In this document: positions 63,706 through 64,000 of the stretch, one piece after another
How the letters are laid out: every line of letters starts with the position of its first letter
How positions within the stretch are numbered: the stretch's first letter is position 1
Assembly: GCA_013239625.1 (NCBI GenBank)
Contig: MU056050.1
Coordinates: 854,084-918,083 of the forward strand
Length of the DNA: 64,000 nt
Origin: Lama guanicoe
Taxonomy: Eukaryota
Reading direction: 5' to 3'
Program-made: the position numbers and the translations under genes
The notes under the pieces: generated by a model
What the model was told of the DNA's origin: nothing
What the model saw: the letters and a program-made list of their open reading frames with translations, nothing else
Databases searched by the model: none

Positions 63706-64000
63706 AGCTGAGCTGGTTTTGTCATCTGAATCCTGAGGGAATTTTCTGGTCCTGATTTTTATTGACGTTCTTTGAAATGTGAAATGCGTAGTATGTAGTT
63801 TTGAGTGATAGTTGCTAATACCTAGAAAACGGGAAAACCCTCATCTGTGTTTTATTTCTACATTTATTATTATTTTCTCAGAGAAAATTTCTGGTTTCCA
63901 GGGTATCTAAATATATCAAAAGAAGAACAATAAAACTGAGAGTTTATTACTGTATTTTTGCTTCCATGTGTCATATGTCCTATTTATCACTATTAACAAC

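Noticed and set aside
1..64000. CRISPR arrays, tRNA/rRNA genes, CpG-island promoter, prokaryotic or viral inserts
   Set aside because: None seen. Composition and repeats are uniformly those of a CpG-depleted mammalian intron.

Overview
This is mammalian genomic DNA that looks almost entirely intronic. It is AT-rich and CpG-poor, with one 257-N assembly gap (41569-41825). The repeat content suggests a camelid (alpaca/llama/camel): several short lineage-type L1 3' stubs resemble the camelid L1 3' end, and I saw no Alu, B1/B2, Bov-tA/Bov-A2, PRE1 or SINEC elements. Much of the window is recognisable interspersed repeat: MIR, L2, L3/CR1, old and young L1, MaLR/ERVL/ERV1 solo LTRs, and hAT/TcMar MITEs. 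Several insertions are nested or have clear target-site duplications (TSDs). Most L1s lie on the minus strand and the plus strand looks T-rich, which suggests a large host gene transcribed on the + strand. The only convincing exon is 49 nt at 30877-30925 (+). I could not identify its gene. No complete protein-coding gene, RNA gene or CRISPR array is supported, and nearly all listed ORFs are chance ORFs or L1 ORF2 debris. I did not find a clearly novel biological system. The most interesting leads are a possible nested antisense transcript with open exon-like segments, an orientation-dependent loss of poly(A) signals in solo LTRs, and inverted repeat pairs. Repeat family names come from recall of consensus sequences, not a database search. 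Repeat boundaries are approximate unless a TSD is given.
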